Part shown: positions 1-11,785 of the stretch, one piece after another | Numbering within the stretch: position 1 is the stretch's first letter | Layout of the letters: each line of letters starts with the position of its first letter | Assembly: GCA_951406725.2 (NCBI GenBank) | Contig: OX597816.1 | Span: 128,774,001 to 128,838,000, forward strand | Direction: 5' to 3' | Length of the DNA: 64,000 nucleotides | From: Octopus vulgaris | Lineage: Eukaryota | Notes under the pieces: generated by a model | Told to the model about the DNA's origin: nothing | The model's database searches: none | What the model saw: only the letters and a program-made list of their open reading frames with translations | Position numbers and translations under genes: made by a program

Positions 1-128
1 ATCTGCCAAGATAAGATCTTCAGTGTGTGAAACTATTAATGGCTCATAAGTAAATACTGTGTATATTAACAATATATATCTCTCACCAGATGACATACTC
101 TTTTTGTTATCATACCCAAATGGGAAAG

Positions 129-171
<43 letters not shown>

Positions 172-177
172 GATATA

Positions 178-720
178 TCATCATCATCGTCGTTGTTTAA
201 TATCTGCTTTCCATGCTGGCATGGGTTGGATGGTTTTACTGAGGGCTGACAAGCCAGAAGGCTACACCAGGCTCTAATCCAATCTGGCAAAGTTTCTACA
301 GCTGGATGCCCCTCCTAACGTCAACCACTCCGAGAGTGTAGTGGATGCTTTTTACATGCCACCAGCATGAGGGCCAGTCAGGCGGCACTGGCATCGACCA
401 CACTTGAATGGTGCTTTTTACATGCCACCAGCACAGGAGCTAGTCAGAGGGCACTGGCAACAACCACGCTCAAATGGTGCTTTTTACATACCACCAGCAT
501 GGGACAAGTCAGCTAGCACTAGCATCGGCCATGCTCAAATGGTGCTTTTTACACAAGCACAGGAGCCAATTAGGTGGCACTGGCAACGATCACACTTGAA
601 TGATGCCTATACATGCCACTGGCAGGGGACCAGTCAAGTAGCACTGGCATTGACCATGCTTGAATGGTGCTTTTTACATGCCACTGGCATAGGTGCCAAT
701 CAGGCAGTACTGTCAATCAG
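178..720 (-). mobile_element. 3' UTR fragment (or non-autonomous derivative) of the RTE-clade LINE, with ~66-bp internal subrepeats
   Basis: Begins with an (ATC)n tail followed by TTTCCATGCTGGCATGGGTTGGA and GCTGGATGCCC, matching the 3' end of the RTE copy at 22087. The motif GTGCTTTTTACATGCCACCAGCA recurs about every 60-66 bp. Confidence 0.8.
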
Positions 721-806
721 CCTGTATGTGTAGAGCACTATACTAATACATTTGTTTGTTTGTACTCCACCTGCCTTCATCTTTTGTTTATTTTCGTAAA
801 CTTTCC

Positions 807-848
<42 letters not shown>

Positions 849-1066
849 AACATTTGGAACGTTTTCTTTCTCTCTCTTCTATATTTTCTCTTTTCAAAGA
901 AAATATTTCTCCTAGCATTCACTATTTTTCTCTTGTTCTGGTCTGTTTGTTTTCATTCAGTTTCCCTGTGTGTCTCCACTGTTCTGTCCTTGTTCCCAAC
1001 TTTGATCCTCCATATATATATATGGATAGATAGATAGATAGATACATACATACATACATACATACA

Positions 1067-1102
<36 letters not shown>

Positions 1103-1434
1103 TATATTATTTATATTATATTTATTTAATTGAACACCATGCATCCATTTCCAAGTAAGTTTATATTAACCTTTTTGATGTGACTCTATACTGTTTTCTT
1201 CCTCTATCATTCTCTAATTCTCTTTTTCTCCCCTTCCCTCTTTCACCGTTTTCTACCTCTCTCTCTCTCTCTGTCTCCCTCATTCTCTTTTTCTCTTTCT
1301 CTCCCTGCTCACATGTGACCATCGTCTATCTTTCTTTTCCCCATGTGACCATCTTTCTTTTTCTGCATGAACACTCAAAGGACTGGACATTCCTCTTTAG
1401 CCAATATAGTGATTTCCGCACCCTAGAGTGCAGA

Positions 1435-2030
1435 ATGTCACTCCGATGAAGAACAACTCTTCACAAACAACAAATCCACTACCCACAATACAGACAGATA
1501 CAGGCCAGTGAGCACATAGAAAGATGTGCTAGGAACCTTAAACGGAACTTCCTAATTTTCCCTTTTTATGAATGTTGATAGAACACAGTACAACAAAGAT
1601 TAGATAAAGAGCAACTTTCATTAATAAATATCATCCACAATGCAACATGAACACACAACTTAATACAGGATACTACTAACCTTACCAATACCAATAATCC
1701 CACTAATCTCCATACATCCCATACACCATTCATATTCCAGTATTTATATCTACCTTAATTGTATCACTTCCAGAACTGTTTACTTCCCTTGCATGAAATC
1801 TCTTCACTCGGGTACTATTAAACTCAACAGTGTTTGGAAATCGGTGATCAGCTCTGATGATATCAGTACGACTTTGAATCTGTATAATGATTCATAATAA
1901 TGATTTTTATACTTCATAATTACACATCAAATCATCTAATTATATGTATATATCTTTGCTTTTCTTTAAAAAAGCCTTTATTTTTTATATCTAATGTTCA
2001 TTTTCTTTGTTTTCTTTTTACTTTCCCCAA
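1435..2030 (+). mobile_element. Penelope-like element remnant: C-terminal GIY-YIG endonuclease fragment plus LTR-like 3' region
   Basis: 1445-1650 translates with stops to RTTLHKQQIHYPQYRQIQASEHIERCARNLKRNFLIFPFYEC...QRLDKEQ, resembling the second half of a PLE GIY-YIG domain. It ends against a (TA)n tract. Confidence 0.6.
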
Positions 2031-2053
2031 TATATATATATATATATATCATT

Positions 2054-2089
<36 letters not shown>

Positions 2090-2139
2090 ACGTATGTATG
2101 AACGTATGTATTATATATATATACATATATCTTTGCATA

Positions 2140-2352
2140 TATGTTTTGTGTTTGTCACCCACCAGCATCTGACAACCAGATTTGATTTGTTTATGTCCCC
2201 CGTTATTTAGTGGTTTAGCAAAAGAGACTGATAGAATAAGTACCAACACTAAAAAATTATAAGTACTTAGGTTGATTTGTTTACCTAAAATACTTCAAGG
2301 TGGTGCCCAAGCTTGTTCACAGTCCAATGACTGAAATAAGTAAAAAATAAAA
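2140..2352 (+). mobile_element. SINE family A, 3' part
   Basis: GCAAAAGAGACTGATAGAATAAGTAC...CAGTCCAATGACTGAAA matches the full copies at 3600-3999 and 60268-60686. Confidence 0.75.
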
Positions 2353-2679
2353 AATCTTCATATATGCATGTCCTTAACTCCATATAGTACTGATCAGCTA
2401 CACATAATGCTCTTATTTCTTACAGCCCTCTTGGTTTCAAGCTATTAAGAGTTAAGCCAATGCAGTTTAACACAGATGACATGATGCAAACTTGTATCTC
2501 CTTCACACATCTGTCATGCTTGTTAGCGACATTAAGCCAAGAACTGATTATGGTGAAATTAGTAACTGTAACATGAATGAAAGCTAATCCAATAACTGGA
2601 TTATCCTTCATCCACATTACAACTAATAGTTTCCCTATAATTAGTTCTTGGTTAATAATTCTAATCTATTATAATGTTT

Positions 2680-2900
2680 CACTCTTTAGCATTCAGATTA
2701 TTCTATCAAATGTAATGCTTTATTTATTCACATTGTTTTGAATTAATCATGCATCATCTCAGAGTTTCCAGTTTCTTATGATTTGATTGTTTATTTTTAG
2801 AGAGACATTGTTGGGTTGATGCATGAGGCTGGATCTGGCCACATTGAACATAAAACAGATAGAATATTTGAGGGGAGTATGGCTGGTTTAAATGCTATAG
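2680..2900 (+). mobile_element. TTAA-type MITE family 1, degenerate copy
   Basis: CTTTAGCATTCAGATT...TTTAAATGCTATAG is homologous to 56340-56557 and the reverse of 45408-45627. Confidence 0.7.
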
Positions 2901-2910
2901 AAATAATTAC

Positions 2911-3144
2911 AAGGCGGTGAGCTGGCAGAAATGTTAGCACACCGGGCAAAATGCTTAGTGGTATTTCATCAGCTGCTACGTTCTGGGTTCAAATTCCGCT
3001 GAGGTTGACTTTGCCATTCATACTTTCGGGGTTGATTAAATAAGTACCAGTTACGCACAGGGGTTGATATAATCAACTTAATCTGTTTGTCTGTCCTTGT
3101 TTGTCCCTTCTGTGTGTAGCCCCTTGTGGCCAGTAAAAAAAAAT
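2911..3144 (+). mobile_element. SINE family B (tRNA-like head, Deu/Nin-like central motif) with 10-bp TSD
   Basis: Head GGCGGTGAGCTGGCAGAA, B-box-like GGTTCAAATTCC. TSD AAATAATTAC at 2901-2910 and 3145-3154. Confidence 0.85.
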
Positions 3145-3240
3145 AAATAATTACTGGGAGGACTGATTGAGGAAGCTTAAAGATAGCTATTGAATTTTCC
3201 TAATAGTAAATCGAAGTGATTTTTAAAAGCTGTGTACAAA

Positions 3241-3575
3241 CAGGCATGGCTGCGTGGTAAGAAGCAGCCATGTTTCTAGGTTCAGTCCCACAGTGTGGCA
3301 CTTTGGGCAAGTGTTGGGTAGACCAAAGCCTTGTGTGTGGAGTTGGTGGGTGAAAACTGAAAGAAGCTTGGTGTGTGTGTGTGTGTGCACATGTGTTTTG
3401 TGTCTTTGATAACCAGTGTTGGTGTGGTTACATCCCTGCAAAAGAGAATAAGTACCAGCCTTAAAAAATTAATAATAAGTACTGGGGTCAGTTCATTCAA
3501 CTAAAATTCTTCGAGGTGGTGCCCCAGTATGGCCACAGTCTAATGATTGAAACAAGTAAAAAATAAAAGAAAAAA
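3241..3575 (+). mobile_element. SINE family A (tRNA-headed, CORE-like)
   Basis: Head TGGCTGCGTGGTAAG, B-box GGTTCAGTCCC, CORE-like TTTGGGCAAGTGT, internal (TG)n, A-rich tail. Confidence 0.8.
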
Positions 3576-3599
3576 GAAATATGTTTATGTATGTATATG

Positions 3600-3999
3600 T
3601 GTGGCTGTGTGGTAAGTACTTTGCTTCACAACCACATGGGTCGGTTCAGTCCTACTGTGTGGCACCTTGGGCAAGTGTCTTCTACTATAGCCTCAAGCCA
3701 ACCAAAGCCTCTTGAATGGATTTAGTAGATGGAAAGATGGAAACTGAAAGAAGCCCATCATATATATGTGTATATATATATATATATATGTTTGTGGGTC
3801 AGTGTTTGTCCCCCACCATTGCTTGATAACTGATGTTGATGTATTTATGTCCCCGTAACTTAGCGGCTTGGCAAATAAGACCAATAGAATAAGTACTAGG
3901 CTTACAAAGAATAAGTCCTTAGGTCAATTTGTTCGACTATAGGTGGTGCTCCAGCATGGCCACCGTCAAATAACTGAAACAAGTAAAAGAATAAAAAGA
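3600..3999 (+). mobile_element. SINE family A
   Basis: TGGCTGTGTGGTAAG...GGTTCAGTCC...CCTTGGGCAAGTGTCTTCTACTATAG...GGTGGTGCTCCAGCATGGCC...GAAACAAGTAAAAGA. Confidence 0.85.
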
Positions 4000-4023
4000 A
4001 TATATATACATACATACATACAT

Positions 4024-4071
<48 letters not shown>

Positions 4072-4075
4072 GGAG

Positions 4076-4122
4076 CTTCTACAGGACTAGAACTGTTTCA
4101 TTCAAGAGAAATCTTCAGGAAG
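4076..4122 (-). ncRNA. Identical hammerhead candidate on the opposite strand (left palindrome arm)
   Basis: Exact reverse complement of 4132-4178. Confidence 0.6.
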
Positions 4123-4131
4123 AAGATTTCT

Positions 4132-4178
4132 CTTCCTGAAGATTTCTCTTGAATGAAACAGTTCTAGTCCTGTAGAAG
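4132..4178 (+). ncRNA. Candidate type I minimal hammerhead ribozyme
   Basis: Stem I CTTC/GAAG, core CTGAAGA (4136-4142), stem II TTC-TCTT-GAA closed by a U.U mismatch, GAAA (4155-4158), stem III ACAG/CTGT, cleavage triplet GTA ending at 4174. Confidence 0.6.
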
Positions 4179-4299
4179 CTCCTTCTATATAATAAATTAA
4201 TTTTACTCTGCTATGTATTGAGTACCTTATTTACTGTGGTTAACCCCGAATCAACCCGGGAGAGAGAGAGAGAGAGAGAGAGATGCATATGTGTATATT

Positions 4300-4526
4300 A
4301 CTGTCTCCTTAGCATGACAGTTGTAAACAAGTATCCCCATCCTACAAGTGGTGTCCTTCATTTTCAATCATCAATGAAAACATGTCTGGTTGTAGGGAAA
4401 TATTATCTTGTTATGAAACAGGTGAGTGCTGATGACATGAAGGACATCTAACTGTGGGAAAATCTGCCTCAAAAGTTGTGTCTGACCTATGCGAGCATGG
4501 AAAAGTGGATGTTAAATCATGATGAT
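4300..4526 (+). mobile_element. Short retroposon 3' end with an RTE-type terminus
   Basis: Ends GCATGGAAAAGTGGATGTTAAATCATGATGAT, similar to the RTE 3' end GCATGGAGAACGGACGTTAAACGATGATG. Confidence 0.55.
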
Positions 4527-4619
4527 ACAGCTATAATATTGTGGACCTTGGGTCAATGTAAACAAATCAATAGTAGCTCATTACACAGAGAAATTGCTGA
4601 TCTTTGATCTAGAACTATA

Positions 4620-4788
4620 CTGATTTCAAATTTTGGCACAAGGCCAGCAATTTCAGGGGAGGGGGTAAGTCGATTTTATTAACTCCAAAAAGGATGAAAG
4701 ACAAAGTCGACCTTGATGACATTTGAATTCAGTATGCAAAGACAAACAAAAGGCCACTTATCATTTTTGCCCAATTTTGCCACCTTGT
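4620..4788 (-). mobile_element. SINE family B (internally deleted) with 12-bp TSD
   Basis: TTTCAAATTTTGGCACAAGGCC...AAGGATGAAAGACAAAGTCGACC. TSD TCTAGAACTATA at 4608-4619 and 4789-4800. Confidence 0.85.
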
Positions 4789-5003
4789 TCTAGAACTATA
4801 GAAGTAAAAAGGTATCTTTATTTGAAATGGAAAGATGTGATTTTAGGGAGAAACGATTGTTTTTTTCCTACCAGGTCAGATCAAGGATTTCTCAAGGATT
4901 TTTGATTGGAGAAATGTTCACATTTGTTAACTCTGTGTACACAAGGATAATACAGTTGGAGCAGAGAAGGAGAGTTTAGCTGCAGTTTCGTGTCTGTGTT
5001 CAC

Positions 5004-5073
<70 letters not shown>

Positions 5074-5621
5074 GTGCACTTTAAGAAGTTAAAGGAAAGA
5101 TGAGCAGCAACTGTAATGGCTTTATCGAGCAGCACTACTAGTTTTAGAACCATTTTGCTTGAGAAGTGATAGGTTGAAGAATTTTGAAAAATTAGAGGGT
5201 ATCCTCTTGGCAAGAGACGAAAAGGCTCAGTTGCAATTTAGAGAGTCAAAAGTGCTTGCAAACTATGTGATGCATGAAGATATCCTTTGCTACTCTACTA
5301 GAACTTTCTTCAAGTAAAATTTTTATCAGTTATAAAATGCCTAATATAGAGGCGAATTAATCAACTAGAGAAGATATAAAGTTATCATCTACTAGATCAT
5401 GAGTCAATATTCCAAAGCCGTCTATGTGCCTCCAGAAAAAGATAACAGACTTTTGTAGGAAAAATTTAGCATTGATAGACTCATATCCTATCTAGATTAA
5501 AATTTTAGCTTCTCACCTGCTTAAGCATTGCATATTTCAGAAAAAGAAAATCACTGAAAATTCATGTTATATAAAACATATATCATATAATTTTATAACA
5601 TTCATAAAAGAGTTTCACCAG

Positions 5622-5950
5622 CATACATGGCTCGGTAGTTAGAATGTCAGGCCCACAATCATGAGGTAGCGAGTTCGATTCCTAGACCAAGTTGTGTGTT
5701 GTGTTCTTCAGCTAGACACTTTATTTCACATGGCTCTAGTTCACTCAGCTGTAGAAATGACTTGTGACGTCACTGGTGCCATGCTGCATTGGCCTTTGCC
5801 TTTCACTTGGATAACATTGGTGGTATGGAAAGGGGAGGCTGGTATGCATAGGTGACTGCGGGTCTTCCATAAAACAATATTGCCTGGACTTGTGCCTTGG
5901 AGGGTAACATTCTAGATGCAATCTCATACTCATTCATGAATAAATGGGGT
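5622..5950 (+). mobile_element. SINE family C (tRNA-derived head)
   Basis: A-box-like TGGCTCGGTAGTTAG and B-box GAGTTCGATTCC, then GTGTTGTGTTCTT...ACACTTTATTTCAC. Related copies at 58118-58380 and 34105-34230. Confidence 0.7.
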
Positions 5951-6000
<50 letters not shown>

Positions 6001-6097
6001 GCAAGTGCCTTCTACTAAAGCCTTGGGCCAACCAAAGCCTTTTGAGTGGATTTGGTTGATGGTAACTGAAAGAAGCCCATCGTATATATGCTGTTTT

Positions 6098-6203
6098 TCT
6101 GTCTGTCTATCTATCAAAATGGATAGACAGATATACAGACAGATAAAAGGATATACACAAACTCATTTGGAAGTAAGCTGTTATCGATATAACTATCTAG
6201 ACA
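6098..6203 (+). repeat. 106-bp direct repeat, copy 1 (copy 2 at 8490-8595)
   Basis: TCTGTCTGTCTATCTATCAAAAT...AACTCATTTGGAAGTAAGCTGTTATCGATATA.CTATCTAGACA; two mismatches seen between the copies. Confidence 0.9.
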
Positions 6204-6572
6204 AAGATTCAGGACAAACACACACACACACACACACACACACTTATCCAACTACACTTAGTTTCAGTTTACCTCTATATCATATATTTAGACTAAAATA
6301 AATCTAAAATAATGTTTCAAAGTTGCTGGCTGAAAAAAAACAGTGAGGATTGAACAAAATGTGATAAAATTCTCAGTTCTGTCCCATGTCGATATTGCGA
6401 ATGAATGAATAAAATATGACTGCTATTTGGTTTGGTTTGTATCAAACTTTATGTTTTTTCCCCACCTCATATTTTCATTGTTGTTTTATTTAGTAGAATC
6501 TAACACATTAAAGTGAATAAATGATGACTGACTGACTAGAAATTTAACAAGTTGTTTTGAGAAAGATACATA

Positions 6573-6607
<35 letters not shown>

Positions 6608-6663
6608 CATTCATATATATATATATTAGATATAGATATAGATAGATAGATAGATAGATAGAT

Positions 6664-6703
<40 letters not shown>

Positions 6704-6707
6704 CATA

Positions 6708-6757
<50 letters not shown>

Positions 6758-7159
6758 TAGATAGATAGATATGTATATATATGCATATACCATGCATATA
6801 TCATGCATAGAGATATACATACACACACACACACATATTATATAATCAAATTCACTTTACTTTGAATTGTACAGATAATACCGGCCTGACTTGGTGCTTC
6901 AATTTAAGTACCTAATTCAACTGAATTTCAATTATTTCTTATATATATATATATGTATGCATGTATGTATGTATGTATGCAAATCTCTCTCTCTCTCTCT
7001 CTTTCTATATATATACATATATATAGAGAGAGTGAGAGTTTGGAAGGGAGAGAGTATATGCATGTGTAAATGTGTGTGTGTGTGATATAGAATCATCTTC
7101 ACAAAATAAGGATTTTGTAATTTGTTTTCATTTCAGAGTTAAGAACCCTGTTTTTACTT

Positions 7160-7915
7160 CATCATCAACATCATCATCATCAAGATCCTTCAACTGATGC
7201 AGCCAGTTCAGATGCTACTTTCAACTCTTTCCTAGTCAGCCATTACCACAGGTCTCTGTTCTCTATCATGTGAGACAGTTTCACTGTGTTGTAACCTGTC
7301 CAGTCCTTGATGTTTTCAATCCAGGATTTTCTGTCTCCCTTTCTTTTACCCTCCCTAAATTGTTCCCTGAAGAACGGTTTTGGACAGGGAGTTGTGGTAG
7401 GATACATGACAGTACCAGGCAAGCTTTCGTCTTTTTACCCACACAAGGAGTGGTTCTGCTCTGCCAGCTTATTTGTTGACTTGCTGCCTGGCAAAGCTGT
7501 TCATTTTGTGCTCTGTGTATGGGATATGTAACAGCTTCTGGAACACTTGTGCTCAAATGCCCAAGTTCTTTGTTCTATGTCAGCTGTAAGATTCCAGTTC
7601 TCACACCCATACAGTAGGATCACCAGGGCCTGGTAAACTCTGAGTCTTGTTGGAAAAATAATGGAATTGCTTTTCCATATGTTGTTCAGCTTTGTCATGG
7701 CAGTAGAGGCTAAACTGAGTCTTGTTGTTTTCTCCTTTTGAGATCTACCATCCTTAGTCAAAGTGGATCCTCAATGCATGGTGTCCTCTTCAAGTTTCTC
7801 ACCACTTAGCATGAGGTTGGTTGCTGTGTTCTGGTTGTTACTATTAACCAGGATCTTGCTCTTTTCTGGGCTGATCTCCATACTATATACTCCTTCTTAG
7901 TTAAGCCTCTCAAGG
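7160..7915 (-). mobile_element. Degenerate 3' part of a second RTE-clade LINE family
   Basis: ORF 7501-7761 (TKLNNIWKSNSI..TRLRVYQALVILLYGCENWNLT..EQRTWAFEHKC) is a typical RTE C-terminal region. (CAT)n tail at about 7160. Confidence 0.8.
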
Positions 7916-8328
7916 CTCATGTCCAGGTTTAAACTAGGAAGTTAGTCTACCACACTATTGTGCTGCTTGTAAGATTTAACAAGCTTGTAAGATTTAACAA
8001 GTTTTTTTTCAGATCTATACTAATAGCTCGTAATGGATTTTGAACATTAATAAATAGAAAATTGATTTGTAAAATCTTCTTGAGGAAAATTAATTCAGCA
8101 TACTTCAATTTAAGGTAATGTAATATTGGGGCACTGCAACTAATAAACAATTTACAAGTGTTAATCAACACACCACCACCACCACCATCATCATCATCAT
8201 AGATAGATAGATAGATAGATGGAGAGAGAGAGAGAGAGAGAGAGAAAGATTGACTGATTATTAGACAGCTATACACAATCTCATTCTGAAGCAGCCAGTT
8301 ATCTATCAATCTATCTGTCTATATATCC

Positions 8329-8412
<84 letters not shown>

Positions 8413-8489
8413 GTCTGTCTGTCTGTCTGTCTGCCTGTCTGTCTGTCTGTCAAACTGCTTGACTGTTTATCTGTCTGTCTATTTATTTG

Positions 8490-8595
8490 TCTGTCTGTCT
8501 ATCTATCAAAATAGATAGACAGATATACAGACAGATAAAAGGATATACACAAACTCATTTGGAAGTAAGCTGTTATCGATATACCTATCTAGACA
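8490..8595 (+). repeat. 106-bp direct repeat, copy 2
   Basis: Matches 6098-6203 and follows a (TCTA)n/(TCTG)n tract. Confidence 0.9.
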
Positions 8596-8604
8596 GAAGC
8601 ATTT

Positions 8605-9030
8605 ATCATCATCGTTGTTGTTGTTGTTTAACACCAACCCCCTTTCATGCTGGAAGGAGGAGAGTAAACAATGGGTTGGATAGTTTGACAGGACCTGGCC
8701 AGGCAGAAAACTGCACCAGACTTCTGTGATTTGGCATGGTTTTTACAGCTGGATGCCTTTCCTAACATCAACATCTCACAGAGTGGGCTGAATGCTTTTT
8801 ACATGGAACCAGTACAGGTGAAGTCAGTTTTGGCATGGTTTTTACAGTTCAAAGCTCTTCCAAATGCCAACCACTTTACAGTGTGGACGGGGTGCTTGTT
8901 AAGTGGCACCTGCACTGTCAGGGTCACCAAGTAAATTTGCAAGACAAGGAATCTTTGAGAGGGGAGGGGGCATTGGAGGAGATGATCTTGTTTCAGATAA
9001 TGAAAGGTTAGAGTATGACAGAGAGACACC
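8605..9030 (-). mobile_element. RTE-3'-related non-autonomous retroposon
   Basis: Internal duplication of TTGGCATGGTTTTTACAG..., with the same organisation as 38449-38900. Confidence 0.7.
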
Positions 9031-9116
9031 AATTACAATAGAAGCTATCTAATAATAATCATTGTCATTGTAATGTCCTCTTTTTACAGTGGCATAAATT
9101 GTGCAGGTTTGTCATA

Positions 9117-10384
9117 CAAGAGGATAACCAAAAGTAACCGGAAACGTTCGCTGTGAGACAAACCCATCCAGATTTCTGCCACTAGAAGCCACTTGATGCG
9201 ACCCTCAGGCATCAATCTGCTGACAGATGACATCAAGTGAAGTCGTACTGTCACGTGGTGCATCTTTGTTTTGCAGTAATTCTCCCTTGTTCATTGATTT
9301 TTGCAATAGCTGAAATGAAGGAACAGTATACTTCCATGAAATTCTGTTTTCAACAGGGGAAAACGATGGTTGAAACAATTGTCATGCTTCAAACAGCTTA
9401 CAAGGACGATGTCATGAGAAAAACACAAGTTTTTGCGTGGTTTGCACGCTTTAGGAATGGTCACTTGTTGCTTGAAGACCAACCTCGTTTTGGGCCACTA
9501 TTGATCTCCCAAACAAATGAAAACATCACAAAAATTCATGAACTAATCTTGGAGGACCACTGCTGAACAATTGATGAACTTGTTGATATGACTGGTGTGT
9601 TCTGGAGCTCCTGCCAATGAATTTTGAGCAAGGAATTGTTAATGGAAAGGGTAGCAGCAAAATTTGTACCTTGCTTGCTCACAGAAGATCAGAAGCAGTC
9701 ACAAGTGAATGCATATCGTGAACTGAAAGAACAGTTGGAAGTTGATATGGACCCTTATTCAAAGGTCTTCACTGGTGATAACAGGAAATGAAGCAGCAAT
9801 CAACTCAGTGGAAGCATTCAATGTCATCACACACCAAAAAAGCACGTCAAATGAAGTCCAATGACAAGATGATGCTGATTTGTTTCATCAATGTGAAAGG
9901 AATTATCTACACAGAATTTGTTCCTTATAGTCAAGCTGTTAACCAAACATTGTAATTTGCAGTTCTGAAGCATTTGTGAGATGCAGTGAAACAAAAACAT
10001 CCCAACCTGTGGCAAAGTGGAGAGTGGTGGTTTCACCACGACAATGTGCCTGTGCACACCAGCTTAAGCACGAAACAGTTTTGGACTAAAAATGGTATGA
10101 CCCCACTTACCTACCTCCCCTATTCACCCGATCTTTCTCCCAGTACATGTTTTGTTCCCCCAAATGAAAAAAGTCTTTAAAGAAAAACGTTTTGCAATGT
10201 GGAAGAGGTGAAGTAAAAAATGACAAAGTATTTTAAAAGGCATCACTTTGCAAGAGTTCCAGAACAGCTTCAAACAATGGAAAATACACCTGGACCAATG
10301 CATTGCTTCAAATGGAGAATAGTTTTAAGGTGATAAAAGTGTAAACATATAAAAGCTAAGTGAATAAAATCAGGTAGCCCCTTG
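9117..10384 (+). mobile_element. Full-length degenerate mariner transposon (transposase pseudogene about 9315-10330)
   Basis: TA on both sides (9115-16, 10385-86) and degenerate TIRs CAAGAGGATAACC / GGTAGCCCCTTG. Peptides: MKFCFQQGKT..ETIVMLQTAY..KTQVFAWFARFRNG, KFVPCLL, WFHHDNVPVH, YSPDLSP; many stops and frameshifts. Confidence 0.9.
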
Positions 10385-11382
10385 TATAACAACTTTTCAT
10401 TAGTCTGAATTTTTGGTCATTTCTTCAGAGATGAACAGTATTCTGTACCTTCTTTATTCTTTCTTTAACAGCACATATCAATCTTTTTCATAACATGCCC
10501 ATATCAGAGCATCTACTAAGCCATCTGAACACTTCATGTACTCCATTACATAGATATCACTACAACTAACTCCCCATGTACATCAGCGTATTGGGTCTTT
10601 TTACAACTACTTAGGTTAATTAAATTGCATAAGATATTTATTCCCAATGAGTCACTAAAGCTTTTGATAAATGGTTATTACTCACCCTGTAGATTAAAAT
10701 GGCAGATTTAGTACATTTTAAGTATTGATTCTCTTTCTCCTTGATCTCCTTGAGATTCCAACTACATCTCTTGCTCCCAAAACATGAGTTATAATTCCTT
10801 AATGTTGCAGCAGAATATCTAGGTGGAATATAAACAAATATTTTAAGATTTAACATACCAGGTTATGCTGATAATTTGAAAATGATGTTAACTGTTAATG
10901 TTGGAAATTATGTTGACTACAAAACACACATTAAACCAGTGAGGTTAAAGTGAGGCACTCATATTCCGTTGGATAATTTCTATTTTTATTTTATCCCTCC
11001 AATAAATAAAACCAATAAAATAGGTACAAGTAAAAGGTGGGGCTTTATTAAATCACTTATTCCACATCTCCTTGGAATGTTGAATTAATGCTTGACCAAA
11101 TCAATATTAGCTATTTCAACAGATATATCAGAGCACTGAATTAAATCCATTTGTCCTATGTCTTAAATCTTTCTGTCATTGATTTTACCATTCATCTCTT
11201 CAAGAATGATAAAAATAAGTACCAGTAATATCCTAGAATCCATTGAAAGTATCCTATTTCATATCATTGAAACTAAGCATCCACTATACCAGTATTTCTC
11301 AGAGTTGGGTGATGGCGCTCTGAGGATAGAAAGGAGCTAAACAAATGACCATGTTTGATAAAATTAAGATAGTTTTTATACT

Positions 11383-11785
11383 TTAAACCCTTTTGATGTG
11401 AAACAGCAAAACCTTCCACCAAAATTTCCTATTATTTTATTTTCCAAACACAAGTTTGATAATAATTTTGTATCTTGGCACAAGGCCAGCAAGTCCAGGA
11501 GAGGGGTCTAATTGATTACATCAACTCCAGTATTCAACTGGTACTTTTTTATCGACCCCGAAAGAGTAAAAGGTAAAGTCAACTTTGATGGAATTTAAAC
11601 TCACAACTTAAAGCCAGACAAATTGCCTCTAAGCATTTTGCCTGGCATGCTAATGATTCTGCTTGCTTACTGTCTTCAAACCAGCTTAATGATGACAATT
11701 ATTTAACTAAATTTTTCATTATTTTCAGAATTTATAGAAACAAAAACAGTTTATTTCAGCAAAAATATGGTAATGAAAGAGTTAA
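11383..11785 (-). mobile_element. Degenerate TTAA-MITE family 2 interrupted by a family B SINE (about 11470-11677)
   Basis: AACCTTCCACCAAA and ATATGGTAATGAAAGAGTTAA match the reverse of 51076-51297. The SINE B motif ATCGACCCCGAAAG lies inside. Confidence 0.65.

Larger units (their letters stand above)
4063..4191. repeat. Perfect palindrome, 61-bp arms with 7-nt loop; probable inverted Penelope-like LTR end
   Basis: 4063-4123 is the exact reverse complement of 4131-4191; loop AGATTTC. Confidence 0.95.

Noticed and set aside
340-720. CRISPR-like look of a conserved motif at ~65-bp spacing (also 22255-22470 and 63540-63770)
   Set aside because: The linkers are homologous to each other, the repeats are degenerate, the array lies inside a LINE 3' UTR, the context is eukaryotic and there are no cas genes.
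5240-5520. Possible hAT transposase C-terminal fossil
   Set aside because: The resemblance is too faint to support without an alignment.
7965-8000. 18-bp tandem duplication GCTTGTAAGATTTAACAA
   Set aside because: It is an ordinary slippage duplication with no element between the units.
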